The position numbers and the translations under genes were made by a program. A stretch of DNA of 64,000 nt, taken from NCBI GenBank assembly GCA_000091205.1, contig AP006501.2, one strand, 5' to 3'. This document shows, piece by piece, positions 1-11,573 of the stretch (positions are counted from its first letter, which is position 1; every line of letters begins with the position of its first letter). The notes under the pieces were generated by a model that was not told where the DNA came from, searched no databases, and saw only the letters and a list, made by a program, of their open reading frames with translations. Source of the stretch: Cyanidioschyzon merolae. Its lineage: Eukaryota.

Positions 1-2339
1 GCGAGCAACTCGCAGTCCAGCGTTTCCTGTGGCTGCATCTCGCAGGGTGCAGGCGATGCGCTGCTCTGCAAAGCGTTCTTCTCATCGGGTTGAATCGACG
101 AATCTATTCTCAGCGGTATGGAGTGATGGATACCATTATTTTTCACGACTTGTGTATAGGGAAACAGTCCTTGGTGTATACATCATGTGCTACGGCCCTG
201 CCGCATCGCTGAATCTTTCGATATGAATGCTTTATCCAGATGAGAATCCAATGATCTTTCTCATGGCCAGTGAGTTTTCATCAAGAATCTGTAGCATTTC
301 AGCACCAAGCAGCAGTGAGTGCGAAACGATATCCTCGAAAACATCGCCGGTGACGTCCTTTCCATGGTCTGAAAGCATGAGATGGTTCCCAGTATTGATC
401 GAGGAGTTCGTGCCTCGGTAAAGGAAAGTGATGGCGCGCAATGTTGCTGGTGGAATCATCCTATAGCAAGCACATCATCTTCGATTTCGACGCCATCTAA
501 AGTTTGCTCTGGTTACCCTACACCAGCCTGTACATGCCTCTCTGTTTCTCCACCGGTTTGACGACGAACGTTTGCTCTTTATGGGTGTGGCTCTTCCTAA
601 ACGCATCGATAGGAAACCTGCAGAATCCATTCCAGCGTTCGTCGTACGCTGTCGTCGAAGGAGCGCATGTTCAGAGGTTGCGCACGACAGCACGCCCAGC
701 GCCCGAGGCTAACAATACAATGCGATGCTTGTCGTCTGTCGTTCCCGTTCCCAGCTTATTGAACGGGTTGGTTAACGCACGAGCCCTGCGCCGTGCAACG
801 GAAACCATTGGCGACACCAATACGTTCTTACGATCGTTCGTCAGATATCACCCGTATGCGCCATTTGGACGCTCCTATACCCTCTCCGAATGAAGAGTAC
901 CAGGCATTCCCCTGCTTGATGCAATCCTCAGATGGCTGGTACATATGCGGCCGCGGTCATACAATCTGTACCCGCACCTCCTGGCGTCCGTGATACCCGG
1001 CTCTTGATACCAACCAGCCTTTAAATATGCAGAACCGCTTCATCTGTCTTCCGTCCAGTTTTTTGATTCCGCTCTCTTGATTTGGAGGTACCGCATCAGC
1101 TAATACGCAATGAAACAAGGGATGCGAGCACACAAACCAGTCTCGCTCTTCATCTACTTTGACAGTCGAAAATGCTTCTCGTTGCTCGACAAAGGCTGAG
1201 GTTTCATAACGGGCATGCGGATGCGTATTCCGCTGGTCACAGTCATTCCTGAAAACTTGTTTCTAATTCCTCCAGGCAACTGAAAAACCTTGAACGAGCT
1301 CCGCTTCTGCCCAACTCGACGTTCAACGATTCCTATGTACTTGCTCGCAGAGACGGGCAATAGCTCACTGAGGAGACCATGCATAACAAAAGCGTCCGCG
1401 GTGGTAGGTCTTGATCTTGAATACGAGTGTTCTATAGAGTAGACGCTTCAGAAGGCGAGCGCGCTCGGATTCCAGAAGCGGACCCCGTTTGCTCTAGAGT
1501 TCTCTGTTCTGAAACATGTATTAGCGAGAGACGAATGCAAGGTCGGCAGTTGTCAAGTTTCAACGAATGTTTTAGATACGACATCCATCGGTGCACGGCC
1601 GAGAGCAACACAGCGGGCTTGGATGATCAGAGGCGACTATCTCACTCTCGTTACGACGTCCTTTCCGACCCTGTTACAGAGTCGATTTCTTCCGTCATCA
1701 ACGGCTGGCTATTTGGTGGCATCAGCACCTCAGGACTGTAGTTTCCAAGTCCGCACTTTTCTAGGCCAGTGCGGAGAGCGTGCAGAACCCGCAGTACGCG
1801 CTTCAAGGAACGTTCGAGATCGATCCTCATATGGTGATGGAGGTTGATTTGATACTTTTGGCACCTGCGTTGGGCATATGACGATCGCAGATGTGGCACG
1901 GGAACGCGTCAAACCATACTGAAAAGCGCCTCTGCAAATCTCTGATACTGCGATCAGGCCGTATTCCAGCCTCTGTGCGGAACATCAGCAGCGTCTTCAC
2001 ACCAAGGTCTGACTGAGAAGTTCTGGGGGAATGCGGACAGCTGCCCGCCCCACGTCCGAAACTCATACAAAAATCAGCTTCTCGAGATGCTTCAAGGCGT
2101 GAGAAGCTGGGCGAGGCCTCTGTGGGTAATAAGACGCGTGATCAACAATGCCATGCCGCATATAGCGTTGTCCCGAATGCGAACGACTCGTCAATGGATC
2201 CGTGAACGTCGAAATGACGTCTGGCAACGAATGACAGTTTTGAATGCATTGAACCAAGCAGAATAGGCTCGCAGCCGCGTCCACCTTGACAGTTTGGGAG
2301 GCATGGAAAGCGACGTCTTCTAGCGGCAGGACAGAAGAA

Positions 2340-2650
2340 TGTGGGCGGTAGACGCCAAGAAGAGTGCTTCGAGGAAGCATGAGGTGTTGCGCGATCCTGT
2401 ACATCTGGTGAGTTTTAGGCTAACGCATGATATAAATCACGCCCCGGCTGATGTTATCGTCTTTATCACTTGTCGCTGCTTTACAAATAGCAGTTTGGAA
2501 CCCGTTGAGCACCCAAATACACGTCTCCCATCTGTCTCGAACAAAGTCTCATCGAACGAGACGAATACCCGTCAATCATGGGTGAAGCTTTCGGATCTCA
2601 ATACGATATCGAGTTTAGATTATCCAACGCACGACAGCCTCCCGTAGACG
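2340..2650 (+). mobile_element. Copy H, a degraded zinc-ribbon/RuvC-III remnant
   Basis: ORF 2339..2647 contains '…DVIVFITCRCFTNSS…' (matches VVKVdpryTSqTCskC), followed about 35 aa later by '…VKLSDLNTISSL' (matches DLNAxINILRL). Confidence 0.35.
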
Positions 2651-2987
2651 CGTACCCGTTTCTTTCATCATCCTCGTCTCTTCGCCAACGCTCGTATCAA
2701 AGGTGCGAAAACCTCAAATCCTGTCGCGTCTTGCATAGTATTTCATAAAGAGCACATGGTTTCGGATGGAAACGTGTCGAGATAGTCCTGGAGATGGCGT
2801 TGGATAAGCTCCGTGTATGGTAAAGGTCGTTCAGGATTGGGACAACGAGACCGGCGGTTCATCCGCCTGGTCACTCCTGAATAACAGATTTGTACCATTG
2901 ACGTCTTTTCTTTCGCAATACAGAACTGAGGGCATGAAATGTTCCCGCGACATTTCTCCAACCTATGGGGTACAATCCGTTTATTGA

Positions 2988-3752
2988 ATGCCTATGAAGA
3001 GAGCGAAAAAGAACAAAGAAGCGCGCTGCTACAAGTGCTCCAGAATTGACTCCTCTGTGTATAACAGAATCGCACCGCTTTGGAGGACAAACTGCACAGC
3101 CGACGTTATCCTCGCGCCCACACGGTTCCTCAAGAAGCCGCACCTGATTGAGGGACGACGAGTCTACCACACATTCGGGTTCTGGCTCGCTGAAACCCAT
3201 CACATACTAGAATGGAAACCGTCCATCAAGCTAGCTCGGGAGTGCAATCTAAAGTTTGAATCTCGTCCCGTCGTCATCAGCACCGTCATTTACGGGCTTT
3301 TTGTGTGGCTGCTTCTGTTTTCTCTGTTCTATCTCGCGCTTGGGATACACCGGTCACTCCATTCCCGCTGGCTCGATTTTCAGCAGGCGGGCAATGTAGA
3401 ATACAGCGTCCAAGTCCCTATTGCACAGCTTACGACTGTTGCCGACGCATTTGATGCACAGACAGGAGTTGCGATCTGCGCTTCGCTTCCTACGTTCATC
3501 ACCTTTGGGTACAGCGTCGGTGCGAGCCTCCGCAGCGATATCACTCGCTTGTGGTCATGTGTTACCGCACAGGTCCACTACAGCTCCTCTTCATCCGAGA
3601 GCCTCCTGGCGGCGAATGAACACTTGCCTCATCGCTTGGTACATGCTCTTGACAAAAAAGGAAGGCTAAACTCGATGCCGTTCTCCGTTTCCGCACCCGG
3701 CGCCCTACGCTTTGATCACGGGCTCCGTCTGGGCGACCTCCCTGGTGAGTAG
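2988..3752 (+). CDS. hypothetical protein with a hydrophobic segment (VVISTVIYGLFVWLLLFSLFYLALG); no family recognised
   Basis: 254-aa ORF from the track. Only a predicted transmembrane-like stretch supports it. Other-frame ORFs overlap it and it sits next to a repeat copy, so it may not be a real gene. Confidence 0.25.
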   Translation: MPMKRAKKNKEARCYKCSRIDSSVYNRIAPLWRTNCTADVILAPTRFLKKPHLIEGRRVYHTFGFWLAETHHILEWKPSIKLARECNLKFESRPVVISTVIYGLFVWLLLFSLFYLALGIHRSLHSRWLDFQQAGNVEYSVQVPIAQLTTVADAFDAQTGVAICASLPTFITFGYSVGASLRSDITRLWSCVTAQVHYSSSSSESLLAANEHLPHRLVHALDKKGRLNSMPFSVSAPGALRFDHGLRLGDLPGE

Positions 3753-3939
3753 TCTGTCCGCAGCATGTACGAGCACGCGCTGCTCTACTCATTAGGGCAT
3801 TAGCGGAAGGCGATGTTCTTCGTGATCAGACGAGGGCTAGATGGCAGATCCAAGCTGGAGGACAAATCGCGAAATTTCTACCCGAATATGCCGCCGTCCG
3901 GCAAATCGGTTACACAGGCCCAATAGAGGCGATCGCTGC

Positions 3940-4570
3940 GATGACAGAAATCCACGATCAAGATCATTTTCCACGCAAGCACAAGAGCCAGGAGTCTGTG
4001 CGAGCGGATCTCGTTCGAGACATCATGCTGCTGTTGAATGTCGTATCAGAGATGTACACAAAAGAACCACACATACATGTAGAGCGGATCCATCTACGAC
4101 GTGAAAAGTTCAGTGAACTTTCGGCATGAGCTTCTGCGAAAACTCTATAACGGCCGACGTCGAGATGATGTCGTCGTCAATACAGCAGCACGACTTGCTG
4201 CGCCCGCGATTTGCTTTCAACAAGAACTTCAGCAAACTTGCAGAATGTGCGGTCCCAGTATGCTATATGTAAGGCATGGAGCAGAGTGGCGGCTTGCGCC
4301 CACGACTTGATGATCAAATCGTTCATTGTACGTACCGTTGATCGAGTGTATCGCGAATCATCTCAAATCCGGTGACTCAACAGGTTCTAATCGAAAAGTA
4401 TCGAAGCAGTCACTCCGAAAACACAACTTGGATCCGAACTTCAGGTATAAAATCGGATACCTCTGTTGCTGCACTTCGAATGTCAACGCTGTATATCTAC
4501 GACAGGGGTCGGGGGAAACGATAAACAGGAACCGATCGCGTATTTCTGTGCTCCATTTTCATTTTTCTCC
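3940..4570 (+). mobile_element. Copy G, a degraded TnpB-like C-terminal remnant
   Basis: Four blocks appear in the expected order: 'ESVRADLVRDIM' (RuvC-II-like, E→A), 'FRHELLRKLYNGRRRDDVVV' (matches FvrqLeYKaewyGkkvvkV), 'LQQTCRMCG' (matches TSQTCSkCG) and 'CCCTSNVNAVYLRQG' (a remnant of CxxC…NAAxNILRxG). Motif-level only. Confidence 0.4.
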
Positions 4571-5001
4571 GTAGAGGTGTAGGATCAGGAATCGTGGTCA
4601 AAACACCTCTAGTGCGTGAACATTACGAGTCCGTAGCAAAGTGACCGTAGCGCTTCAAGAGTCTCGATCCCAGTCCACCAGCCTCAGCGCAGTGTCCCCC
4701 GAAAGCACGGGCTTGGCCCAGCGATCCTCGTGATGTACGGCCTGCTTCAGCGCCTACTGTGCCGCCGGACACCCCGACCCCGACACACGCACCATCTTGA
4801 AACCAAAAGCGTAGCGGTGCGTTGCAGCTGTTGGATCCCAAGCGGCAACCGGACACGGAACGCGAGGCGTTTCAGATGACATGACGCAAATCGCAATTTG
4901 AATCGCATCGGAGTTAAAACAAAGCTTCAGCAGTTGCCTGGTAGTGCGCTGTCGTACAACTGGGCTGCAACGGATCCGCAGCTGACTTTTGAACGTTCTG
5001 G

Positions 5002-5808
5002 ATGGGTCAGTGTGTAAGTGGCGCTTACAATCATGAAGACGACAGCTTCGTATCCATGAGGCAGCTCCTGGAGCGATACGGGAAGTATCTCTACGAGGCA
5101 CGGCCGGATCCCACTATTCAGGATATTGTGTTGTTCTGCAAAGTTTGTAAAGTTCTACCCAGTTTGAGAATAATCTTTGAAATCCCCGTAAGCACTGGGA
5201 GAGACGTTTGGACACAAGAGACATCAAAGTCGTTTTCTGGAAGGCCACGACGAAGACGTGCACTGGCAGATGAGGAAACCGAGGTATGGATAGATGAAAA
5301 CGAGCACGTCGAGACTTGTACCCGGCCCGGAGGAAAAAGCGCACGACTCTCCTTCGATTCGAACCACGCAAACAACACACCGTTGTTCCGTCGCGTGCGG
5401 GCAGAGCTTCGTGGTCTCTGCTTCGAGGCGCGTACAAGCTGGGTGGCCACGCAGATGCATCACGTCCTGACGCAATTGCTTCCTTCTCAGATGATGGCAC
5501 AGCTATGGATCTCAGCATACAAATTAGATGGATCTGTGGTTGCGGACGTTCTCAGGCTCGAAGACCGATTGCATATAAACAGAACGCTGCTCGTTACTGG
5601 TTGGGGATGCCTGCACCCCAGTATGCGAAAAGAACGAATTCTGGAGGAGCTCGAAGGATATGCGAGGCGGCATCGATGCGGAATCTGGGCGTTCCCGAAA
5701 GAGACGAAATCGTTCAACAGCACGCCCCGCAAGCACGTCCCCAGATCACGTTGTCGATCCCTAGCAGAAAGTCAGCATCGAGCACATTTATACGCATGTG
5801 AGCAATAA
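5002..5808 (+). CDS. hypothetical protein; N-terminal MGQCVSG resembles an N-myristoylation (MGxxxS) signal
   Basis: 268-aa ORF. The only supporting feature is an N-terminal Gly2/Ser6 pattern. Competing ORFs overlap it (5114..5518 −, 5316..5801 +). No conserved domain recognised. Confidence 0.3.
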   Translation: MGQCVSGAYNHEDDSFVSMRQLLERYGKYLYEARPDPTIQDIVLFCKVCKVLPSLRIIFEIPVSTGRDVWTQETSKSFSGRPRRRRALADEETEVWIDENEHVETCTRPGGKSARLSFDSNHANNTPLFRRVRAELRGLCFEARTSWVATQMHHVLTQLLPSQMMAQLWISAYKLDGSVVADVLRLEDRLHINRTLLVTGWGCLHPSMRKERILEELEGYARRHRCGIWAFPKETKSFNSTPRKHVPRSRCRSLAESQHRAHLYACEQ

Positions 5809-5899
5809 AACGAGAATCGTTCTACAACTATGCAGGGTAAACATATATGTATCCATTCACAGACATCTCCCAGCCTATTTTGAACAAGCGCATGCTACC

Positions 5900-6440
5900 G
5901 GTTTCAGTGTTTATCCATGCAGATTTCGAGCCTGAGAGGCTGCTCCACAAAGTGAGATCGCGTCAGCACCTCGGATCTCGTCGTCAGCATCGCATATCGT
6001 TTGATATTGATTGCGGAATTGAAGTCTCGGGCCACGACCTTCATGCGTTTATCACCTTTGCTGGAACCCATCCATCCTACGATTCCTGTAACTCACACCC
6101 TCTGTGCCACTACAGTCTCGTCATCGCCCCATCGATCAGATATCTTTTCTCATCTATCTCCGTTTGGTTCTTCTTCCTCTTGTTCTTCGTTATTTGCACC
6201 TCTATGTTCGACGTTTGGCGCCAAGATGTATTTTCAGGTTTTTTCCCGGGAAACCGGCGATGATGACCCTCCTGGATCCCTGACTACCATGTCCATGTCT
6301 TTTGCTTGGATTTTTTACTTGCTCAAATGAACGCACTTCGAATGCATCAGCTACAAACCGCGAAAAAGCATTTGATGACATGCACCTGGATGTGGAATGC
6401 ATTTGGCGTCTCTGAGCATGTAATACGATCTTTGTCTGGG
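5900..6440 (-). mobile_element. Copy A, a short internally deleted derivative that abuts the ALG14 start
   Basis: ORF 6202..6402 (−) reads '…FSRFVADAFEVRSFEQVK…'. An unlisted 46-aa ORF at 5904..6044 (−) reads MKVVARDFNSAINIKRYAML…. Nucleotides 6130–6440 align with 34340–34640, for example CTCAAATGAACGCACTTCGAA[T/C]GC. Confidence 0.65.
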
Positions 6441-6485
6441 ATTTGTTGGCGGCCTTTACCCCTGCTTGGGGCTGCCAAGCCGAGT

Positions 6486-7322
6486 ATGTCTATATATGTA
6501 GGTCTTTTTGCGGTCACGGTAGTGCTAGGCATCGTGTTGATCTTTTCCAAGGGCGTGCTGCTCAGTTCCGCGAACTTGTCGCGGCGCTCGTGCTTCGCAC
6601 GGGAAGCTGAGCGTCGCCGAACGCAGTGCAGCAGCCCAAACAAGCGTGTTTTTGAGGAGCTCTGGGCAAGGAGACCTTTCGAAGAGCTGCGCATCGGAGC
6701 TGATCAGCCGTTGCACTTGCTGGTCGTGCTAGGATCCGGCGGGCACACAACAGAGATGCATAGGCTTCTCAGTCGTGACGGCGGCTTGCTCAGCGAGCGC
6801 TGGGTCGACGCCCCCGTCTGGGTGACGTTTGTATATGCAAAGACTGACAAACGCACCCCTCGTTGGATAGAGCGTTTTCAGAGTGACCTTCCTCCAGGCT
6901 TTCGCGTTCTGAACTGGGTGGCAGTGCCTCGCGCTCGTGAAGTTGGTCAGTCATGGATAACAAGTGTATTCACCAGCATCCACGCTTGTGCCAGTGCGGC
7001 GGGGTTGTTTCTTTCCAGCCACTCACTGGCAACGAACGATCGCATGCGAGCACCAGCACCTAATGTCGTACTATGCAACGGACCAGGAACCTGTGTGCCT
7101 TTTTGTCTGATAGCATTTATCGTTCGAATCTGGAACTCGTTGACGAGAACCAGACCTGCTAGCGCGTATCCAAGAATTATTTTCATCGAGACAGTCGCGC
7201 GTGTTTACAGCTTGTCTCTCACCGGGAAGATCTTGTACAGATTTGCAGATCGTTTTCTTGTGCAGTGGCCAGAGCTCGCCAGGCGTTACGTTTACGCTGA
7301 ATATTACGGACGTCTGGTGTAA
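6486..7322 (+). CDS. ALG14: UDP-GlcNAc transferase subunit ALG14
   Basis: LLVVLGSGGHTTEM, VLCNGPGTCVPFCL, IIFIETVARV and FLVQWPEL are the signature ALG14 blocks. An N-terminal TM anchor (MSIYVGLFAVTVVLGIVLIF) follows Met at 6486. The track ORF begins at 6306, but 6306–6440 lies inside a repeat copy, so the downstream Met is the more likely start. Confidence 0.85.
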   Translation: MSIYVGLFAVTVVLGIVLIFSKGVLLSSANLSRRSCFAREAERRRTQCSSPNKRVFEELWARRPFEELRIGADQPLHLLVVLGSGGHTTEMHRLLSRDGGLLSERWVDAPVWVTFVYAKTDKRTPRWIERFQSDLPPGFRVLNWVAVPRAREVGQSWITSVFTSIHACASAAGLFLSSHSLATNDRMRAPAPNVVLCNGPGTCVPFCLIAFIVRIWNSLTRTRPASAYPRIIFIETVARVYSLSLTGKILYRFADRFLVQWPELARRYVYAEYYGRLV

Positions 7323-8401
7323 CACGAGCATGAGGCAGCGCACGTCGCATGTGGATGCATGCTGCTCCTCCAGTTCGCATGGCTGGATGCCACAGCACAA
7401 GCGCTGCGTGCGTTCGCTCGGCAGGCGACGCGAGGCTTGGAGTCTACTGGAGTGTTCCCAGGCAGAGGGGTGCGAGCTGCGTTTGTTTCGGCAGGTACTC
7501 TGAGGTGACGGCCAGCGGAAGACCACCATTGCATACATGGCCGCCATGGGTGTATCAGCACCCTGGATTAGGAGAATAGAGCGGTCTCGACTTTCCGCTC
7601 GCGCGAACGCGCCAAGGCATTGAGAGCAACGGGTCAAATGAAGTCACTGGGCGAAGGCGGGTACATTTTACGAACCTGAATGCGAAAATGCTCTAGTAGA
7701 ACGCATTCGACAGGCTCACCACGACTTGTGCACGGCACCTTGGCTCGCTAGAGCCTGGCAGATGCAAGTCAGTTCCCATAGCGGCTCGGTTGGTTGGAAT
7801 GCCTCCCGTGAAACCGCATTTGCAAATTGCCGAGAGAAGACTGCGCAAGCGAGAGGCTGATCATTATTGCCGACTTCGAAGGCGCTGACTCGGGGCATTC
7901 GACGAAAGCAAGACGTACCGGCACTGGCGCGCGTGTTCAGAAGAACCTGGCTTTTGCTCAGAGAGGCTAAGCTGCATCGCGTCAGAACCTTATCGGATCA
8001 TTTTACATGCCATTCTGCGGATATCCGCCGGGAAACGTTCGGCGAACCGGAAGTTGTTTTGTGAACTTAATCGACCAAACAATCATTCAGCATTGGCTAG
8101 AGAGAGCATGAAATATGTGCTGGAGTTGCATACTTAGGCGGATTGCCAGAAAGCATTTGCTCTCAGAACGAAATGCTTGCTAGCACAGCTCAAATTGCGC
8201 GATGAGGAGAATGTTCACGCCTAGGCGGGGCCTTCTTCATTCCGGGTGGCTCTTTCAACGAGCAGTGCAATGTTATAGAGACGTGAACGTCAATAATGAC
8301 CCATAGGATGTGTTATGCCTACGAGATATCTACAGGCTGCAGCCATCCGTCCCAACGCAAAGCTCAATCCTATATCTAAGCCCAACCAGAGTTCGATGCG
8401 A

Positions 8402-10246
8402 TCACTGCGCATTGTTTTGCGCGTTCGCAGAGTCTCTCGTGTCCGGTTTGTAGACGTAGACATGCGGCATAGACGCATCCGGCTGCTCTGGGATATCGCG
8501 CACAATAGGCATGCAGAAATGCTCTCCAGGTGACGGGGCGAGTTGCAAACCTCGAATACGGCGAGCTTGTGCGAGCGGATCGCCTCCGTCGAGCATGAAC
8601 AGCTCATATTCATACTCTTCCCTCATGAGCGTCTTTTCAAACAGAGATTCCTTCGTGTCTTCGGCGTACCGCTGGAAAAGGTCAGGCCAATCTTTTTGCG
8701 ATACCTCTGTGGGATATAGCATCTTTGTATCCATTTTGAAATACTTTTTGCCCATCTGCAAGAGTCGCTGTTCAAAGCCGCGACACAGGGCGGCGTGTTC
8801 CGCCTGCATGAAACTCGTCGAATACCCGCACACGCTCAGCGCCTTTTCGACGCAGATCATTTCTAGAAATCTCAAACGTTCACAGATGTCTGCGGGTTGA
8901 TAGGCGCAACGCCGCTCCTCTTGGTCGCGATACTGCAAGACGCGGACGGTCGTACGCTCAAGATCGAGCCGTTTCCGTTCAAGCGCATAGCGCCGTCGGC
9001 GATGCAGCGTCCCTGTCTCTCCAAGATACGAAGCATGCACGGTGCTTATCTGAGAACTAGCCGCTCTATCTAGAAAAATAGGCTTGAACATTGCACATTC
9101 GGTGTAGTGTTCACAGGTAAAAAGATGAAACCTGCGCGGAGCGTCCGGTGTGAGAACAGATATGAATGCCCCGGCTCGAATGGTGTGCTGGGTATCGCTC
9201 GCCTCGGGAAGCACCGACGAGGGCAAATCATGCTCTCGTACCATCTGGATCAAGCTGGCCAAGTCAAGCGGACTCAATGCCGCTCTAGATTTCAATTCCT
9301 TCATCCTATTCACGGAAGCGTTGAGATCACGTGATGATTCAGCCCCCGTCGGATGGAACAACATCCGAAAGTTGATTCTGCCCCGGCCCGATGCAGACGA
9401 TGAAGATCCCACCGCAACGAGGGATTCTAAAGAAGTCGAATAGGTTAGAGGTTCCTCAATGTATAGCTGATCCCTGTACAAGCATATCTCCTTCGAGGTC
9501 TTACTGAGTGCCCAGAAGCCGCTGGCTGTTTCTAGGAGCCAGGCACCGTGCGCGTCCACCAGGACGAAGCCTGGGGACCACTCCGTGCCTGCAGCACGCG
9601 CTGCGGCCTTTACACCTAGCAAGTCGACAATCTTCGAAAGAAGCTGGGCGGCGTGTAGAGCGGTCTTACCGAACCTAAGTGCTAGAAAGGTCAAGCACTC
9701 ACCGGTAACTTGGCCCTCCGGGGGTGTACCCATTGGCCTTGTTGCCGCAAACTTGAGTGCGACTGCAACGCCGTTCTCGTTGACACCGCTTACGACACCA
9801 TGGTCCTTTGATCCCTTATACGTCACGCACCGAAATGCTTCACGACCTTCGAGCAGCTTGGATAGGTGGGTGTTTTCGAGCTCTGGCAACAGGTTCCCTG
9901 TAACACTGTCAGAGTCTCCCGAAATCGATTTAGCGCAATCCTCAAAGAAAAGAACATCCTCGGGGCAACATAAAGAGTCCACTGCGAAAACTGTAGAGCA
10001 CGGGTCTCTCAAACTAGTTCTTTCACCCGGAATAACCCATAGAGTTTGCGCTCTTCGCAACATCGTATACCGCTTGTGTGTTTCCGCAGGCTCACATGGA
10101 GTGCGCGAAAATCGAACATGCGCATCTGGCTGGCGCCGACCGATCGCCGTCGCCAAATCAACCACCCGCGTTGCTGCCAGTGCGCCTGGTGCTTCATCGA
10201 GTTTCAGGAAGTTAGCCTCGATCCTGGTAATGTCAACGAGAATCAT
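8402..10246 (-). CDS. secernin-like / peptidase C69-family (Ntn-hydrolase) protein
   Basis: 614-aa ORF. PCSTVFAV (the nucleophile-Cys context, compare secernin SYCFVAF), GVNENGVAVAL (compare GANEHGVCIAN) and PGFVLVDAHGAWLLETASGFWA (compare SAYLIVDRDEAWVLETIGKYWA) match secernin. The long C-terminal region is secernin-like as well. Confidence 0.6.
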   Translation of the reverse strand: MILVDITRIEANFLKLDEAPGALAATRVVDLATAIGRRQPDAHVRFSRTPCEPAETHKRYTMLRRAQTLWVIPGERTSLRDPCSTVFAVDSLCCPEDVLFFEDCAKSISGDSDSVTGNLLPELENTHLSKLLEGREAFRCVTYKGSKDHGVVSGVNENGVAVALKFAATRPMGTPPEGQVTGECLTFLALRFGKTALHAAQLLSKIVDLLGVKAAARAAGTEWSPGFVLVDAHGAWLLETASGFWALSKTSKEICLYRDQLYIEEPLTYSTSLESLVAVGSSSSASGRGRINFRMLFHPTGAESSRDLNASVNRMKELKSRAALSPLDLASLIQMVREHDLPSSVLPEASDTQHTIRAGAFISVLTPDAPRRFHLFTCEHYTECAMFKPIFLDRAASSQISTVHASYLGETGTLHRRRRYALERKRLDLERTTVRVLQYRDQEERRCAYQPADICERLRFLEMICVEKALSVCGYSTSFMQAEHAALCRGFEQRLLQMGKKYFKMDTKMLYPTEVSQKDWPDLFQRYAEDTKESLFEKTLMREEYEYELFMLDGGDPLAQARRIRGLQLAPSPGEHFCMPIVRDIPEQPDASMPHVYVYKPDTRDSANAQNNAQ

Positions 10247-10514
10247 TGAAACAAGCGAAGCCGTGTGGACAAAAACCCTCCTGGATAACGCTAGGGTAAA
10301 CTTTCAGCGGAACGATGCAGGCGCGAACGACTGCAAAGCAGTTGTCCGATATCACGTGGAAGCGTTGCCTATGATAGCCTCATCTATCCGGATCTGACTC
10401 GAACGATGTGCAAGCCTTGTTTCACCATCACACTTGAATAAACGTTGCAGCAAGTGTTTCATATGTGTCATCCAACTGAAGCACAATACCGTGCATTGCG
10501 CACGCGCTTGCATA

Positions 10515-11573
10515 CTAAGCGACTACACTCGAGGGTGGCGCAACCCCAGATGCGTCTCGTTCATCGTTCCGGGGCGCGCTTTCCACGTGCCAAGGCGCGT
10601 CAGTCGAGCTTCGCGATGGCGTAGCGCTCGAATTCACGAACGCATCCTCCGGAGCAAGCGCCGCTGCCTCTACAGAGGCCTGTTTCGGCGCTGGTTTCGC
10701 TATGATGAGCGCGGGACCAAGTCCAAAAGGCGCTAGCCGTTGAGCTCGTATGGTTTCAAGACAGCATTCATCACGCATCGCCTCCAGAAACTCATCTAAC
10801 GGTGGGAAGAGACGTGCGCTCCTTTGCAGATAGCAATATTCCCGAAGCCGCAGGGAAAAGAGCGCACCGAGCAAGGGTACACATGTTCGCAGAAAGAAGC
10901 GGGCGATAGGTGCTGCGATGCTGCGGCCGCGCGGTTCCGTAATTTCCAGCACCACCAGACGGCTAACAGGGTCAGTGGGGGTCGCTGTTGACGCCTCAGC
11001 TTTTTTTAGCACTCTCCAAACTTCACAGAGACCTTTCTTTCGATCTGCAAAGTTCCGAACTCCGAATCCAATAATGCAGACGTCAAATCTGTTCGTCCAT
11101 TCCTGCGGAAGTTCCTCGGCAACACCTTTCACGAGCAACACCTTATCGGATACCTGAGCTCTGGCGAGCTTCCTGCTCGCAATGTCGAGCATTCGGGAGC
11201 ACGGGTCAACCGCAACAACCTGCTTCACATAACTGCCGTATCTCTGAGCGATATCTATGGCGAGATCAGCGGTTCCCGTCGCCAGGTCAAGGACCTGGAG
11301 CTCTGCTCGCTCGGAGCTGGCTACAAGAAAAGGTTTCAGGGCAGCGTCTACTGCAGTTCGCTTCCAGCCCCTGTGGAGTCCAAGACTGATCACGTTGTTC
11401 ACAAAGTCATAACGCGGAGCAACAAGCTCAAACATCGCACCGGAGCCATCGCGAACGGTTTCCCTAGAGAGTCTTTGCCGCGCGGCCCGGCACTTGTCGT
11501 CCTGCAAACGGTAGAAGAGCACGGCGAGGAACGCTGCTAGGGCTACCTTGCGGCCCTCTGCCTCGTTCGGCAT
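10515..11573 (-). CDS. COQ5/UbiE/MenG-family C-methyltransferase (ubiquinone/menaquinone biosynthesis)
   Basis: YDFVNNVISLGLHRGWKR matches the UbiE/COQ5 YD.mN..mS.G.HR.WK block. VLDLATGTADLAI is a SAM-binding motif I. The N-terminal extension looks like a targeting peptide. Confidence 0.7.
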   Translation of the reverse strand: MPNEAEGRKVALAAFLAVLFYRLQDDKCRAARQRLSRETVRDGSGAMFELVAPRYDFVNNVISLGLHRGWKRTAVDAALKPFLVASSERAELQVLDLATGTADLAIDIAQRYGSYVKQVVAVDPCSRMLDIASRKLARAQVSDKVLLVKGVAEELPQEWTNRFDVCIIGFGVRNFADRKKGLCEVWRVLKKAEASTATPTDPVSRLVVLEITEPRGRSIAAPIARFFLRTCVPLLGALFSLRLREYCYLQRSARLFPPLDEFLEAMRDECCLETIRAQRLAPFGLGPALIIAKPAPKQASVEAAALAPEDAFVNSSATPSRSSTDAPWHVESAPRNDERDASGVAPPSSVVA

